Below the pieces are notes generated by a model. That model was not told the origin of the DNA. It made no database searches and saw only the letters and a program-made list of their open reading frames with translations. From the NCBI GenBank assembly GCA_964057225.1, contig OZ059898.1, positions 15,872,001 to 15,936,000 on the forward strand: a stretch of 64,000 nucleotides of DNA, read 5' to 3'. How positions within the stretch are numbered: the stretch's first letter is position 1; every line of letters begins with the position of its first letter. The position numbers were made by a program, and so were the translations under genes. This document shows, piece after piece, positions 12,515 to 25,285 of this stretch. This DNA comes from Auanema rhodensis. Its lineage: Eukaryota; Animalia; Nematoda.

Positions 12515-15500
12515 ACAACGTGACTACAGCCTGAACTTTTTTGTGAACAAATTTTCTGGATGTGGTCGAGATAAACCTCTTTTCCGGAGAAAAGAGAGGT
12601 CCTTGTCAATTCTCATTCAGAAATTCAGAATCTACACATCTGATAACCCAACTTGTTAGTATTTTTTTTTGATCTTAGTTGATCATCTTGAAGAAAAGCG
12701 AACATTCAGCGGGCACAACGTGACTACAGCCTGAACTTTTTTGTGAACAAATTTTCTGGATGTGGTCGAGATAAACCTCTTTTCCGGAGAAAAGAGAGGT
12801 CCTTGTCAATTCTCATTCAGAAATTCAGAATCTACACATCTGATAACCCAACTTGTTAGTATTTTTTTTTGATCTTAGTTGATCATCTTGAAGAAAAGCG
12901 AACATTCAGCGGGCACAACGTGACTACAGCCTGAACTTTTTTGTGAACAAATTTTCTGGATGTGGTCGAGATAAACCTCTTTTCCGGAGAAAAGAGAGGT
13001 CCTTGTCAATTCTCATTCAGAAATTCAGAATCTACACATCTGATAACCCAACTTGTTAGTATTTTTATTTGATCTTAGTTGATCATCTTGAAGAAAAGCG
13101 AACATTCAGCGGGCACAACGTGACTACAGCCTGAACTTTTTTGTGAACAAATTTTCTGGATGTGGTCGAGATAAACCTCTTTTCCGGAGAAAAGAGAGGT
13201 CCTTGTCAATTCTCATTCAGAAATTCAGAATCTACACATCTCAATACTCAACTTGTTAGTATTTTTATTTAATCTTAGTTGATCATCTTGAAGAAAAGCG
13301 AACATTCACCGGACACAACGTGACTACAGCCTGAACTTTTTTGTGAACAAATTTTCTGGATGTGGTCGAGATAAACCTCTTTTCCGGAGAAAAGAGAGGT
13401 CCTTGTCAATTCTCATTCAGAAATTCAGAATCTACACATCTGATAACCCAACTTGTTATTATTTTTATTTGATCTTAGTTGATCATCTTGAAGAAAAGCG
13501 AACATTCACTGGACACAATGTGACTACAGCCTGAACTTTTTTGTGAACAAATTTTCTGGATGTGGTCGAGATAAACCTCTTTTCCGGAGAAAAGAGAGGT
13601 CCTTGTCAATTCTCATTCAGAAATTCAGAATCTACACATCTGATAACCCAACTTGTTAGTATTTTTATTTGATCTTAGTTGATCATCTTGAAGAAAAGCG
13701 AACATTCAGCGGGCACAACGTGACTACAGCCTGAACTTTTTTGTGAACAAATTTTCTGGATGTGGTCGAGATAAACCTCTTTTCCGGAGAAAAGAGAGGT
13801 CCTTGTCAATTCTCATTCAGAAATTCAGAATCTACACATCTCAATACTCAACTTGTTATTATTTTTATTTGATCTTAGTTGATCATCTTGAAGAAAAGCG
13901 AACATTCACTGGACACAATGTGACTACAGCCTGAACTTTTTTGTGAACAAATTTTCTGGATGTGGTCGAGATAAACCTCTTTTCCGGAGAAAAGAGAGGT
14001 CCTTGTCAATTCTCATTCAGAAATTCAGAATCTACACATCTCAATACTCAACTTGTTAGTATTTTTATTTAATCTTAGTTGATCATCTTGAAGAAAAGCG
14101 AACATTCAGCGGGCACAACGTGACTACAGCCTGAAATTTTTTTGTGAACAAATTTTCTGGATGTGGTCGAGATAAACCTCTTTTCCGGAGAAAAGAGAGG
14201 TCCTTGTCAATTCTCATTCAGAAATTCAGAATCTACACATCTCAATACTCAACTTGTTAGTATTTTAATTTGATCTTAGTTGATCATCTTGAAGAAAAGC
14301 GAACATTCACCGGACACAACGTGACTACAGCCTGAACTTTTTTGTGAACAAATTTTCTGGATGTGGTCGAGATAAACCTCTTTTCCGGAGAAAAGAGAGG
14401 TCTTTGTCAATTCTCATTCAGAAATTCAGAATCTACACATCTGATAACCCAACTTGTTAGTATTTTTATTTGATCTTAGTTGATCATCTTGAAGAAAAGC
14501 GAACATTCAGCGGGCACAACGTGACTACAGCCTGAACTTTTTTGTGAACAAATTTTCTGGATGTGGTCGAGATAAACCTCTTTTCCGGAGAAAAGAGAGG
14601 TCCTTGTCAATTCTCATTCAGAAATTCAGAATCTACACATCTCAATACTCAACTTGTTAGTATTTTTATTTGATCTTAGTTGATCATCTTGAAGAAAAGC
14701 GAACATTCACCGGACACAACGTGACTACAGCCTGAACTTTTTTGTGAACAAATTTTCTGGATGTGGTCGAGATAAACCTCTTTTCCGGAGAAAAGAGAGG
14801 TCCTTGTCAATTCTCATTCAGAAATTCAGAATCTACACATCTGATAACCCAACTTGTTAGTATTTTTTTTTGATCTTAGTTGATCATCTTGAAGAAAAGC
14901 GAACATTCACCGGACACAACGTGACTACAGCCTGAACTTTTTTGTGAACAAATTTTCTGGATGTGGTCGAGATAAACCTCTTTTCCGGAGAAAAGAGAGG
15001 TCCTTGTCAATTCTCATTCAGAAATTCAGAATCTACACATCTCAATACTCAACTTGTTAGTATTTTTATTTGATCTTAGTTGATCATCTTGAAGAAAAGC
15101 GAACATTCACCGGACACAACGTGACTACAGCCTGAACTTTTTTGTGAACAAATTTTCTGGATGTGGTCGAGATAAACCTCTTTTCCGGAGAAAAGAGAGG
15201 TCCTTGTCAATTCTCATTCAGAAATTCAGAATCTACACATCTGATAACCCAACTTGTTAGTATTTTTTTTTGATCTTAGTTGATCATCTTGAAGAAAAGC
15301 GAACATTCAGCGGGCACAACGTGACTACAGCCTGAACTTTTTTGTGAACAAATTTTCTGGATGTGGTCGAGATAAACCTCTTTTCCGGAGAAAAGAGAGG
15401 TCCTTGTCAATTCTCATTCAGAAATTCAGAATCTACACATCTGATAACCCAACTTGTTAGTATTTTTATTTGATCTTAGTTGATCATCTTGAAGAAAAGC

Positions 15501-18500
15501 GAACATTCAGCGGGCACAACGTGACTACAGCCTGAACTTTTTTGTGAACAAATTTTCTGGATGTGGTCGAGATAAACCTCTTTTCCGGAGAAAAGAGAGG
15601 TCCTTGTCAATTCTCATTCAGAAATTCAGAATCTACACATCTGATAACCCAACTTGTTAGTATTTTTATTTGATCTTAGTTGATCATCTTGAAGAAAAGC
15701 GAACATTCAGCGGGCACAACGTGACTACAGCCTGAACTTTTTTGTGAACAAATTTTCTGGATGTGGTCGAGATAAACCTCTTTTCCGGAGAAAAGAGAGG
15801 TCCTTGTCAATTCTCATTCAGAAATTCAGAATCTACACATCTCAATACTCAACTTGTTAGTATTTTTATTTAATCTTAGTTGATCATCTTGAAGAAAAGC
15901 GAACATTCACCGGACACAACGTGACTACAGCCTGAACTTTTTTGTGAACAAATTTTCTGGATGTGGTCGAGATAAACCTCTTTTCCGGAGAAAAGAGAGG
16001 TCCTTGTCAATTCTCATTCAGAAATTCAGAATCTACACATCTGATAACCCAACTTGTTATTATTTTTATTTGATCTTAGTTGATCATCTTGAAGAAAAGC
16101 GAACATTCACTGGACACAATGTGACTACAGCCTGAACTTTTTTGTGAACAAATTTTCTGGATGTGGTCGAGATAAACCTCTTTTCCGGAGAAAAGAGAGG
16201 TCCTTGTCAATTCTCATTCAGAAATTCAGAATCTACACATCTCAATACTCAACTTGTTATTATTTTTATTTGATCTTAGTTGATCATCTTGAAGAAAAGC
16301 GAACATTCACTGGACACAATGTGACTACAGCCTGAACTTTTTTGTGAACAAATTTTCTGGATGTGGTCGAGATAAACCTCTTTTCCGGAGAAAAGAGAGG
16401 TCCTTGTCAATTCTCATTCAGAAATTCAGAATCTACACATCTCAATACTCAACTTGTTAGTATTTTTATTTAATCTTAGTTGATCATCTTGAAGAAAAGC
16501 GAACATTCAGCGGGCACAACGTGACTACAGCCTGAAATTTTTTTGTGAACAAATTTTCTGGATGTGGTCGAGATAAACCTCTTTTCCGGAGAAAAGAGAG
16601 GTCCTTGTCAATTCTCATTCAGAAATTCAGAATCTACACATCTGATAACCCAACTTGTTAGTATTTTAATTTGATCTTAGTTGATCATCTTGAAGAAAAG
16701 CGAACATTCACCGGACACAACGTGACTACAGCCTGAACTTTTTTGTGAACAAATTTTCTGGATGTGGTCGAGATAAACCTCTTTTCCGGAGAAAAGAGAG
16801 GTCCTTGTCAATTCTCATTCAGAAATTCAGAATCTACACATCTCAATACTCAACTTGTTAGTATTTTTATTTGATCTTAGTTGATCATCTTGAAGAAAAG
16901 CGAACATTCACCGGACACAACGTGACTACAGCCTGAACTTTTTTGTGAACAAATTTTCTGGATGTGGTCGAGATAAACCTCTTTTCCGGAGAAAAGAGAG
17001 GTCCTTGTCAATTCTCATTCAGAAATTCAGAATCTACACATCTCAATACTCAACTTGTTAGTATTTTTATTTAATCTTAGTTGATCATCTTGAAGAAAAG
17101 CGAACATTCACCGGACACAACGTGACTACAGCCTGAACTTTTTTGTGAACAAATTTTCTGGATGTGGTCGAGATAAACCTCTTTTCCGGAGAAAAGAGAG
17201 GTCCTTGTCAATTCTCATTCAGAAATTCAGAATCTACACATCTGATAACCCAACTTGTTAGTATTTTTATTTGATCTTAGTTGATAATCTTGAAGAAAAG
17301 CGAACATTCACCGGACACAACGTGACTACAGCCTGAACTTTTTTGTGAACAAATTTTCTGGATGTGGTCGAGATAAACCTCTTTTCCGGAGAAAAGAGAG
17401 GTCCTTGTTAATTCTCATTCAGAAATTCAGAATCTACACATCTTATAACCCAACTTGTTAGTATTTTTATTTAATCTTAGTCGATCATCTTGAAGAAAAG
17501 CGAACATTCAGCGGGCACAACGTGACTACAGCCTGAAATTTTTTTGTGAACAAATTTTCTGGATGTGGTCGAGATAAACCTCTTTTCCGGAGAAAAGAGA
17601 GGTCCTTGTTAATTCTCATTCAGAAATTCAGAATCTACACATCTGATAACCCAACTTGTTATTATTTTTATTTGATCTTAGTTGATCATCTTGAAGAAAA
17701 GCGAACATTCACCGGACACAACGTGACTACAGCCTGAACTTTTTTGTGAACAAATTTTCTGGATGTGGTCGAGATAAACCTCTTTTCCGGAAAAAAGAGA
17801 GGTCCTTGTTAATTCTCATTCAGAAATTCAGAATCTACACATCTGATAACCCAACTTGTTATTATTTTTATTTGATCTTAGTTGATCATCTTGAAGAAAA
17901 GCGAACATTTACCGGACACAACGTGACTACAGCCTGAACTTTTTTTTGAACAAATTTTCTGGATGTGGTCGAGATAAACCTCTTTTCCGGAGAAAAGAGA
18001 GGTCCTTGTCAATTCTCATTCAGAAATTCAGAATCTACACATCTGATAACCCAACTTGTTATTATTTTTATTTGATCTTAGTTGATCATCTTGAAGAAAA
18101 GCGAACATTCACCGGACACAACGTGACTACAGCCTGAACTTTTTTGTGAACAAATTTTCTGGATGTGGTCGAGATAAACCTATTTTCCGGAGAAAAGAGA
18201 GGTCCTTGTCAGCTCTCATTCAGAAATTCAGAATCTACACATCTGATAACCCAACTTGTTAGTATTTTTATTTGATCTTAGTTGATCATCTTGAAGAAAA
18301 GCGAACATTCAGCGGGCACAACGTGACTACAGCCTGAACTTTTTTGTGAACAAATTTTCTGGATGTGGTCGAGATAAACCTCTTTTCCGGAGAAAAGAGA
18401 GGTCCTTGTCAATTCTCATTCAGAAATTCAGAATCTACACATCTCAATACTCAACTTGTTAGTATTTTTATTTGATCTTAGTTGATCATCTTGAAGAAAA

Positions 18501-21219
18501 GCGAACATTCACCGGACACAACGTGACTACAGCCTGAACTTTTTTGTGAACAAATTTTCTGGATGTGGTCGAGATAAACCTCTTTTCCGGAGAAAAGAGA
18601 GGTCCTTGTCAATTCTCATTCAGAAATTCAGAATCTACACATCTCAATACTCAACTTGTTAGTATTTTTATTTAATCTTAGTTGATCATCTTGAAGAAAA
18701 GCGAACATTCACCGGACACAACGTGACTACAGCCTGAACTTTTTTGTGAACAAATTTTCTGGATGTGGTCGAGATAAACCTCTTTTCCGGAGAAAAGAGA
18801 GGTCCTTGTCAATTCTCATTCAGAAATTCAGAATCTACACATCTGATAACCCAACTTGTTATTATTTTTATTTGATCTTAGTTGATCATCTTGAAGAAAA
18901 GCGAACATTCACTGGACACAATGTGACTACAGCCTGAACTTTTTTGTGAACAAATTTTCTGGATGTGGTCGAGATAAACCTCTTTTCCGGAGAAAAGAGA
19001 GGTCCTTGTCAATTCTCATTCAGAAATTCAGAATCTACACATCTGATAACCCAACTTGTTAGTATTTTTATTTAATCTTAGTCGATCATCTTGAAGAAAA
19101 GCGAACATTCAGCGGGCACAACGTGACTACAGCCTGAAATTTTTTTGTGAACAAATTTTCTGGATGTGGTCGAGATAAACCTCTTTTCCGGAGAAAAGAG
19201 AGGTCCTTGTCAATTCTCATTCAGAAATTCAGAATCTACACATCTGATAACCCAACTTGTTAGTATTTTTATTTAATCTTAGTCGATCATCTTGAAGAAA
19301 AGCGAACATTCAGCGGGCACAACGTGACTACAGCCTGAAATTTTTTTGTGAACAAATTTTCTGGATGTGGTCGAGATAAACCTCTTTTCCGGAGAAAAGA
19401 GAGGTCCTTGTCAATTCTCATTCAGAAATTCAGAATCTACACATCTGATAACCCAACTTGTTAGTATTTTTATTTAATCTTAGTTGATCATCTTGAAGAA
19501 AAGCGAACATTCACCGGACACAACGTGACTACAGCCTGAACTTTTTTGTGAACAAATTTTCTGGATGTGGTCGAGATAAACCTCTTTTCCGGAGAAAAGA
19601 GAGGTCCTTGTCAATTCTCATTCAGAAATTCAGAATCTACACATCTGATAACCCAACTTGTTAGTATTTTTATTTAATCTTAGTCGATCATCTTGAAGAA
19701 AAGCGAACATTCAGCGGGCACAACGTGACTACAGCCTGAAATTTTTTTGTGAACAAATTTTCTGGATGTGGTCGAGATAAACCTCTTTTCCGGAGAAAAG
19801 AGAGGTCCTTGTCAATTCTCATTCAGAAATTCAGAATCTACACATCTGATAACCCAACTTGTTATTATTTTTATTTGATCTTAGTTGATCATCTTGAAGA
19901 AAAGCGAACATTCACCGGACACAACGTGACTACAGCCTGAACTTTTTTGTGAACAAATTTTCTGGATGTGGTCGAGATAAACCTATTTTCCGGAGAAAAG
20001 AGAGGTCCTTGTCAGCTCTCATTCAGAAATTCAGAATCTACACATCTGATAACCCAACTTGTTAGTATTTTTATTTGATCTTAGTTGATCATCTTGAAGA
20101 AAAGCGAACATTCAGCGGGCACAACGTGACTACAGCCTGAACTTTTTTGTGAACAAATTTTCTGGATGTGGTCGAGATAAACCTCTTTTCCGGAGAAAAG
20201 AGAGGTCCTTGTCAATTCTCATTCAGAAATTCAGAATCTACACATCTCAATACTCAACTTGTTAGTATTTTTATTTGATCTTAGTTGATCATCTTGAAGA
20301 AAAGCGAACACTCACCGGACACAACGTGACTACAGCCTGAACTTTTTTGTGAACAAATTTTCTGGATGTGGTCGAGATAAACCTCTTTTCCGGAGAAAAG
20401 AGAGGTCCTTGTCAATTCTCATTCAGAAATTCAGAATCTACACATCTCAATACTCAACTTGTTAGTATTTTTATTTGATCTTAGTTGATCATCTTGAAGA
20501 AAAGCGAACATTCACCGGACACAACGTGACTACAGCCTGAACTTTTTTGTGAACAAATTTTCTGGATGTGGTCGAGATAAACCTCTTTTCCGGAGAAAAG
20601 AGAGGTCCTTGTCAATTCTCATTCAGAAATTCAGAATCTACACATCTGATAACCCAACTTGTTAGTATTTTTATTTGATCTTAGTTGATCATCTTGAAGA
20701 AAAGCGAACATTCACCGGACACAACGTGACTACAGCCTGAACTTTTTTGTGAACAAATGTTCTGGATGTGGTCGAGATAAACCTCTTTTCCGGAGAAAAG
20801 AGAGGTCCTTGTCAATTCTCATTCAGAAATTCAGAATCTACACATCTGATAACCCAACTTGTTAGTATTTTTATTCAATCTTAGTCGATCATCTTGAAGA
20901 AAAGCGAACATTCAGCGGGCACAACGTGACTACAGCCTGAAATTTTTTTGTGAACAAATTTTCTGGATGTGGTCGAGATAAACCTCTTTTCCGGAGAAAA
21001 GAGAGGTCCTTGTCAATTCTCATTCAGAAATTCAGAATCTACACATCTGATAACCCAACTTGTTAGTATTTTTATTTGATCTTAGTTGATCATCTTGAAG
21101 AAAAGCGAACATTCAGCGGGCACAACGTGACTACAGCCTGAAATTTTTTTGTGAACAAATTTTCTGGATGTGGTCGAGATAAACCTCTTTTCCGGAGAAA
21201 AGAGAGGTCCTTGTCAATT
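12515..21219 (+). repeat. 200-bp satellite array 1a (~43 monomers, subfamily I)
   Basis: Tandem 200/201-bp units ACAACGTGACTACAGCCTGAAC...GAACATTCA(GC/CC)GG, highly homogeneous. Confidence 0.98.
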
Positions 21220-21466
21220 ACCCGAGATGTTGTGAGTGGGAAGGTTAAAGCTGGAGGAGGATGATTCAAGCCTTATCCTGGGCAACATCTTCCCAGAAAC
21301 CGTGGGATGGCCAAAGGCGCTTGAGTCATCACCGTTTTAGCCCCCGATTGCAACTTACGCGAATATTGATTTAAGCTTGGATAAAGGAACAATAAAGAGA
21401 AATAATAACTAAACATGGCTGTAAGGTAATAAGGAAGGGCAGAGCGAAGAAGAGTGCGTTCGCACA
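21219..21466 (-). mobile_element. Truncated BEL/Pao LTR (type A, first ~248 bp)
   Basis: Reverse complement matches 35539 onward. The intact TGTGCG terminus is at 21466; the other end is broken and ~15 bp of satellite is missing. Confidence 0.92.
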
Positions 21467-22220
21467 AGAATCTACACATCTCAATACCCAACTTGTTAGT
21501 ATTTTTATTTGATCTTAGTTGATCATCTTGAAGAAAAGCGAACATTCAGCGGGCACAACGTGACTACAGCCTGAACTTTTTTGTGAACAAATTTTCTGGA
21601 TGTGGTCGAGATAAACCTATTTTCCGGAGAAAAGAGAGGTCCTTGTCAATTCTCATTCAGAAATTCAGAATCTACACATCTGATAACCCAACTTGTTATT
21701 ATTTTTATTTGATCTTAGTTGATCATCTTGAAGAAAAGCGAACATTCACCGGACACAACGTGACTACAGCCTGAACTTTTTTGTGAACAAATTTTCTGGA
21801 TGTGGTCGAGATAAACCTATTTTCCGGAGAAAAGAGAGGTCCTTGTCAGCTCTCATTCAGAAATTCTGAATCTACACATCTCAATACTCAACTTGTCAGT
21901 GTTTTAATTTGCTCTTAGTTGATCATCTTGAAGAAAAGCGAACATTCACCGGACACAACGTGACTACAGCCTGAACTTTTTTGTGAACAAATTTTCTGGA
22001 TGTGGTCGAGATAAACCTATTTTCCGGAGAAAAGAGAGGTCCTTGTCAATTCTCATTCAGAAATTCAGAATCTACACATCTGATAACCCAACTTGTTAGT
22101 AATTTTATTTGATCTTAGTTGATCATCTTGAAGAAAAGCGAACATTCAGCGGGCACAACGTGACTACAGCCTGAACTTTTTTGTGAACAAATTTTCTGGA
22201 TGTGGTCGAGATAAACCTAT
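21467..22220 (+). repeat. 200-bp satellite array 1b (~4 monomers)
   Basis: Same monomer. Units carry the CCTATTTT variant. Confidence 0.97.
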
Positions 22221-22408
22221 TTATATTTATTCGACTGTTAGCTATATTGTTTACATTGACCTCACGTTACAAAAAAAAAATTTTTTTGAATAGGGTAATA
22301 AGACCGTGGGAAAGGCGGGCTTTAAGTATTGGCGGGAACCGGGTTCTCAAGTCAATTCTATCAGTAAAACACTTCATATTTTTGTTTCGAGCCTCACGGT
22401 TGGTCGCT

Positions 22409-25285
22409 ATGGCCCCCGCTCGCACTACCAAGAAGGGACAAGCCCCTGATCATGAGCCTGCCCCGAAAAGAGGCCGCTCATCCGTCTCGATCTCATCAGA
22501 CGGCTCTTTGGAATCTTCACGACGCGATGGCCGTCTCACACCTACGGACTCAACCCAAGGCGATCACTCGGTAAACTCCCATGAAGAACTCGATCAAGTT
22601 CGACATGACTCCTCGGACGAGGACGACTTCGTGCCCATGCCACCAGAATCTCAAGGACCTAGAACCAGGCCTGTAGTCCGCCTCTCCGGTTCCGAACTTG
22701 CCGACTTCGAGCGTCTTGCCTCCGGTTGCTCCATGACGCACACCGAAAGAGCCGACATCTTATCTGAGCTCCCAATACTCGATTCTCCATTCGCCCGTCT
22801 ACCATGCCTGGATGAGAAATACACCACCCACGTGGATAGCTCAGTCAAGCCATCAGTGAAGATCAGCGAGGCTGACATCAGGGCCTCTTACGAGAACACG
22901 CTCAATGCGCTCGCCGGCCTACGGATCATCAGGAAACTTGCGAAGATCGATAACAAGTCTCCACTTTCCTCCAAACAACAGGCATACATCAACGTGACAG
23001 AAAGATTCCTCAGCGCCAATATCAAGACGGATTATACTCACCTCAGAGAGATCGCACTTCTTAAAATGAAGTACTCTCAGCCCATCAAGGCTATGCCTAG
23101 CTACAAAAGGGCCCCGCTCTACGGTTCTACCATGTCTCTCGACAACTCTCAGGAGGTAGGATGCCATAAGCGACCAACGTCTATTAATCTTTATTCTCAG
23201 GACTCAGTCCCGGAACTCTTCGGAAAGAAGCTAAGGGCAGAAATCTCGGCTTTCTCTGAACTCTCTAGAAACTCAAGAACCAATTCAAGTTCCCGAGATC
23301 ATCAACGTCCAAGACCGTCATCGAACCAACGATCGGGACCATCAACACGACCCATCCACAAGGCTAACTCCTATAGCAGGTGCGTCCATTTTCGAGCAGG
23401 TGCTCTTTCGTCCCACCTAGACTTTTGGGGTTCCCTCTCTAAAGACCAGGATATCCTTCAGACGGTAAAAGGCTACCGCCTCCCTTTCGCAGGGAGTAAA
23501 CCTAAGCGCCTTCTGTCAAATCTGACATCGTTACCGCAATCCCTTCCGGCTAACCCTCTCCTTGCGGAGCTTTTGGAGACGGGGGCAATCAGACCGGCTA
23601 GACCTGGCGAAAGGATCTTCCGGTCCTCTACTTTTCTAGTACCCAAGTCCGATGGGTCCAGCCGCTTTATCCTCAACTTGAAGACGCTTAACACCTTCAT
23701 AGAGACACCCCGGTTCAAGCTGGAATCCGTTAGGGACCTCCCATCGGTGTTGCAACGCAATGATTGGTTATGCAAGGTGGACTTCCAGTCGGCCTATCAT
23801 TCTATCCCTGTGGCAATAGAACATCAACCCTACCTGGGCTTTGATATAGAGGGCAGATCATACGTGTTCTGCGTCCTTCCTTTCGGCCTAAACGCAGCCC
23901 CATACGTGTTTCATAAGCTGATGAGGGTGCTTGCAGCGCTCCTCAGGGATCAGGGAATTCGCCTAATCAACTACCTTGACGACTGGCTTTTTCTAGACAG
24001 GTCAGCCAAAAGAGTGGCCGATCATGCGTCTCGTGCTATAGATCTATTCCGTGACGCGGGTTTCTCTATTAACATGCTTAAATCCATCTTAAGCCCTACC
24101 CAATCGCTCGATTTTCTAGGTTTAGAAATAGACACGCGCTCTCTTGAATGGCGCCTGCCAACAGAGAAACGGGAGGCTATAAGCACCTCCCTGTCGGTCC
24201 TTCTCAGATCCCAGGCCTCCCCACTCCGGAAACTGGCCTCCCTCCTCGGGAGAATCAACTTCGCCACTGTGGTACACCCACATTTTTCCTTTTGGGTTAG
24301 ACAAACTCAAAGAGATTTACGAGGCATAGGTTTTCCCAACCTAAACGACCCCAACGAGCTTTCCGCTCAGGTCTCTATTGTAGGAGACCTTCGGGATACC
24401 TTACGTGCCTTCCTATCAGAAGAATCTTGCACACTAGGCTCCCCGAGTTCACTTGTACCCTTCTCTCCATCCCTGTCCATTACATCGGACGCCTCCGGTG
24501 AGGGATATGGAGCATCATGGGAAGGCAACACTATCTCAGGGAAATGGTCAATCAAGGAGAAATATGCTTATCACATAAACTGGTTGGAACTTATTGCGGC
24601 CTTCAAAGCCCTGGTCCATTTCGGCACTGAGTGGTGCAATATTGACGTGTTACTGTTAATCGATAACACATCGGCGATAACTTACATCAACAGGCGGGGT
24701 GGCTCGGCCTCAGAACGAGGTTCGGAAATAGCCCGTAAGCTCTGGCACTTCTGCAGGGAGCGCAATATCCGAGTCAGAGCAACGCACATCGCCGGCAGAC
24801 TGAATCACATCGCAGACCAACTCTCCAGGGGTAGATGCCTTCACGAAGATTGGTCCCTCCATCCGGAGACGACTGCGAGTATTTTCCAAAGATTCGGTAC
24901 CCCTTCATTTGATCTTTTTGCATCCTCCTGGAACGCAAAGGCACCACTTTACTGCTCTTTCCTTCTAGACGAGAACGCATTCTGCGTAGACGCCTTCTCT
25001 CACAACTGGAAACTGCTGCCGCAAGGACTTCTCTTCGTCTTCCCGCCCTTCCACCTCCTCAAGAGGACCATCAACAAGTTGGCAGACTCAGGACGACAGG
25101 CCATCCTGATCGCTCCACTTTGGAAAAGCCAGATCTGGTTTCCCCTTCTGTCCCAACTAGTCCAAGAACCCCCAATGAGCCTCCATCATCCCAGCCTTCT
25201 CCAAGACAAGAAAGGCAACTCTCACCCCCTCCTGGGGACAAGAAATTTTTTCCTGGCGGCGTGGAGGATTTCACCGCCAGCATAG
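22409..25285 (+). CDS. DIRS Gag-RT-RNase H-DAM-like methyltransferase polyprotein (single frame)
   Basis: First ATG is 22409; the ORF-track start at 22202 lies in satellite. Motifs: FLVPKSDG..RFILNLK, VDFQSAY, LPFGL, YLDD (RT); TSDAS, HINWLEL, DNTS, NHIADQLSR (RH); DLFAS and FPPF (MT). Confidence 0.9.
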   Translation: MAPARTTKKGQAPDHEPAPKRGRSSVSISSDGSLESSRRDGRLTPTDSTQGDHSVNSHEELDQVRHDSSDEDDFVPMPPESQGPRTRPVVRLSGSELADFERLASGCSMTHTERADILSELPILDSPFARLPCLDEKYTTHVDSSVKPSVKISEADIRASYENTLNALAGLRIIRKLAKIDNKSPLSSKQQAYINVTERFLSANIKTDYTHLREIALLKMKYSQPIKAMPSYKRAPLYGSTMSLDNSQEVGCHKRPTSINLYSQDSVPELFGKKLRAEISAFSELSRNSRTNSSSRDHQRPRPSSNQRSGPSTRPIHKANSYSRCVHFRAGALSSHLDFWGSLSKDQDILQTVKGYRLPFAGSKPKRLLSNLTSLPQSLPANPLLAELLETGAIRPARPGERIFRSSTFLVPKSDGSSRFILNLKTLNTFIETPRFKLESVRDLPSVLQRNDWLCKVDFQSAYHSIPVAIEHQPYLGFDIEGRSYVFCVLPFGLNAAPYVFHKLMRVLAALLRDQGIRLINYLDDWLFLDRSAKRVADHASRAIDLFRDAGFSINMLKSILSPTQSLDFLGLEIDTRSLEWRLPTEKREAISTSLSVLLRSQASPLRKLASLLGRINFATVVHPHFSFWVRQTQRDLRGIGFPNLNDPNELSAQVSIVGDLRDTLRAFLSEESCTLGSPSSLVPFSPSLSITSDASGEGYGASWEGNTISGKWSIKEKYAYHINWLELIAAFKALVHFGTEWCNIDVLLLIDNTSAITYINRRGGSASERGSEIARKLWHFCRERNIRVRATHIAGRLNHIADQLSRGRCLHEDWSLHPETTASIFQRFGTPSFDLFASSWNAKAPLYCSFLLDENAFCVDAFSHNWKLLPQGLLFVFPPFHLLKRTINKLADSGRQAILIAPLWKSQIWFPLLSQLVQEPPMSLHHPSLLQDKKGNSHPLLGTRNFFLAAWRISPPA

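Noticed and set aside
13343-21774. Repeated 63-aa ORFs (MNKFSGCGRDKP...)
   Set aside because: They start at GTG/TTG and exist only in monomers with a TAG-to-TAT variant; a by-product of the satellite.
12515-22220. CRISPR-like array
   Set aside because: The whole 200-bp unit repeats with no unique spacers, there are no cas genes, and the context is eukaryotic.
22202-22408. N-terminal 69 aa of the 1027-aa ORF
   Set aside because: It begins at a GTG in the satellite and crosses the ITR; the likely start is ATG 22409.
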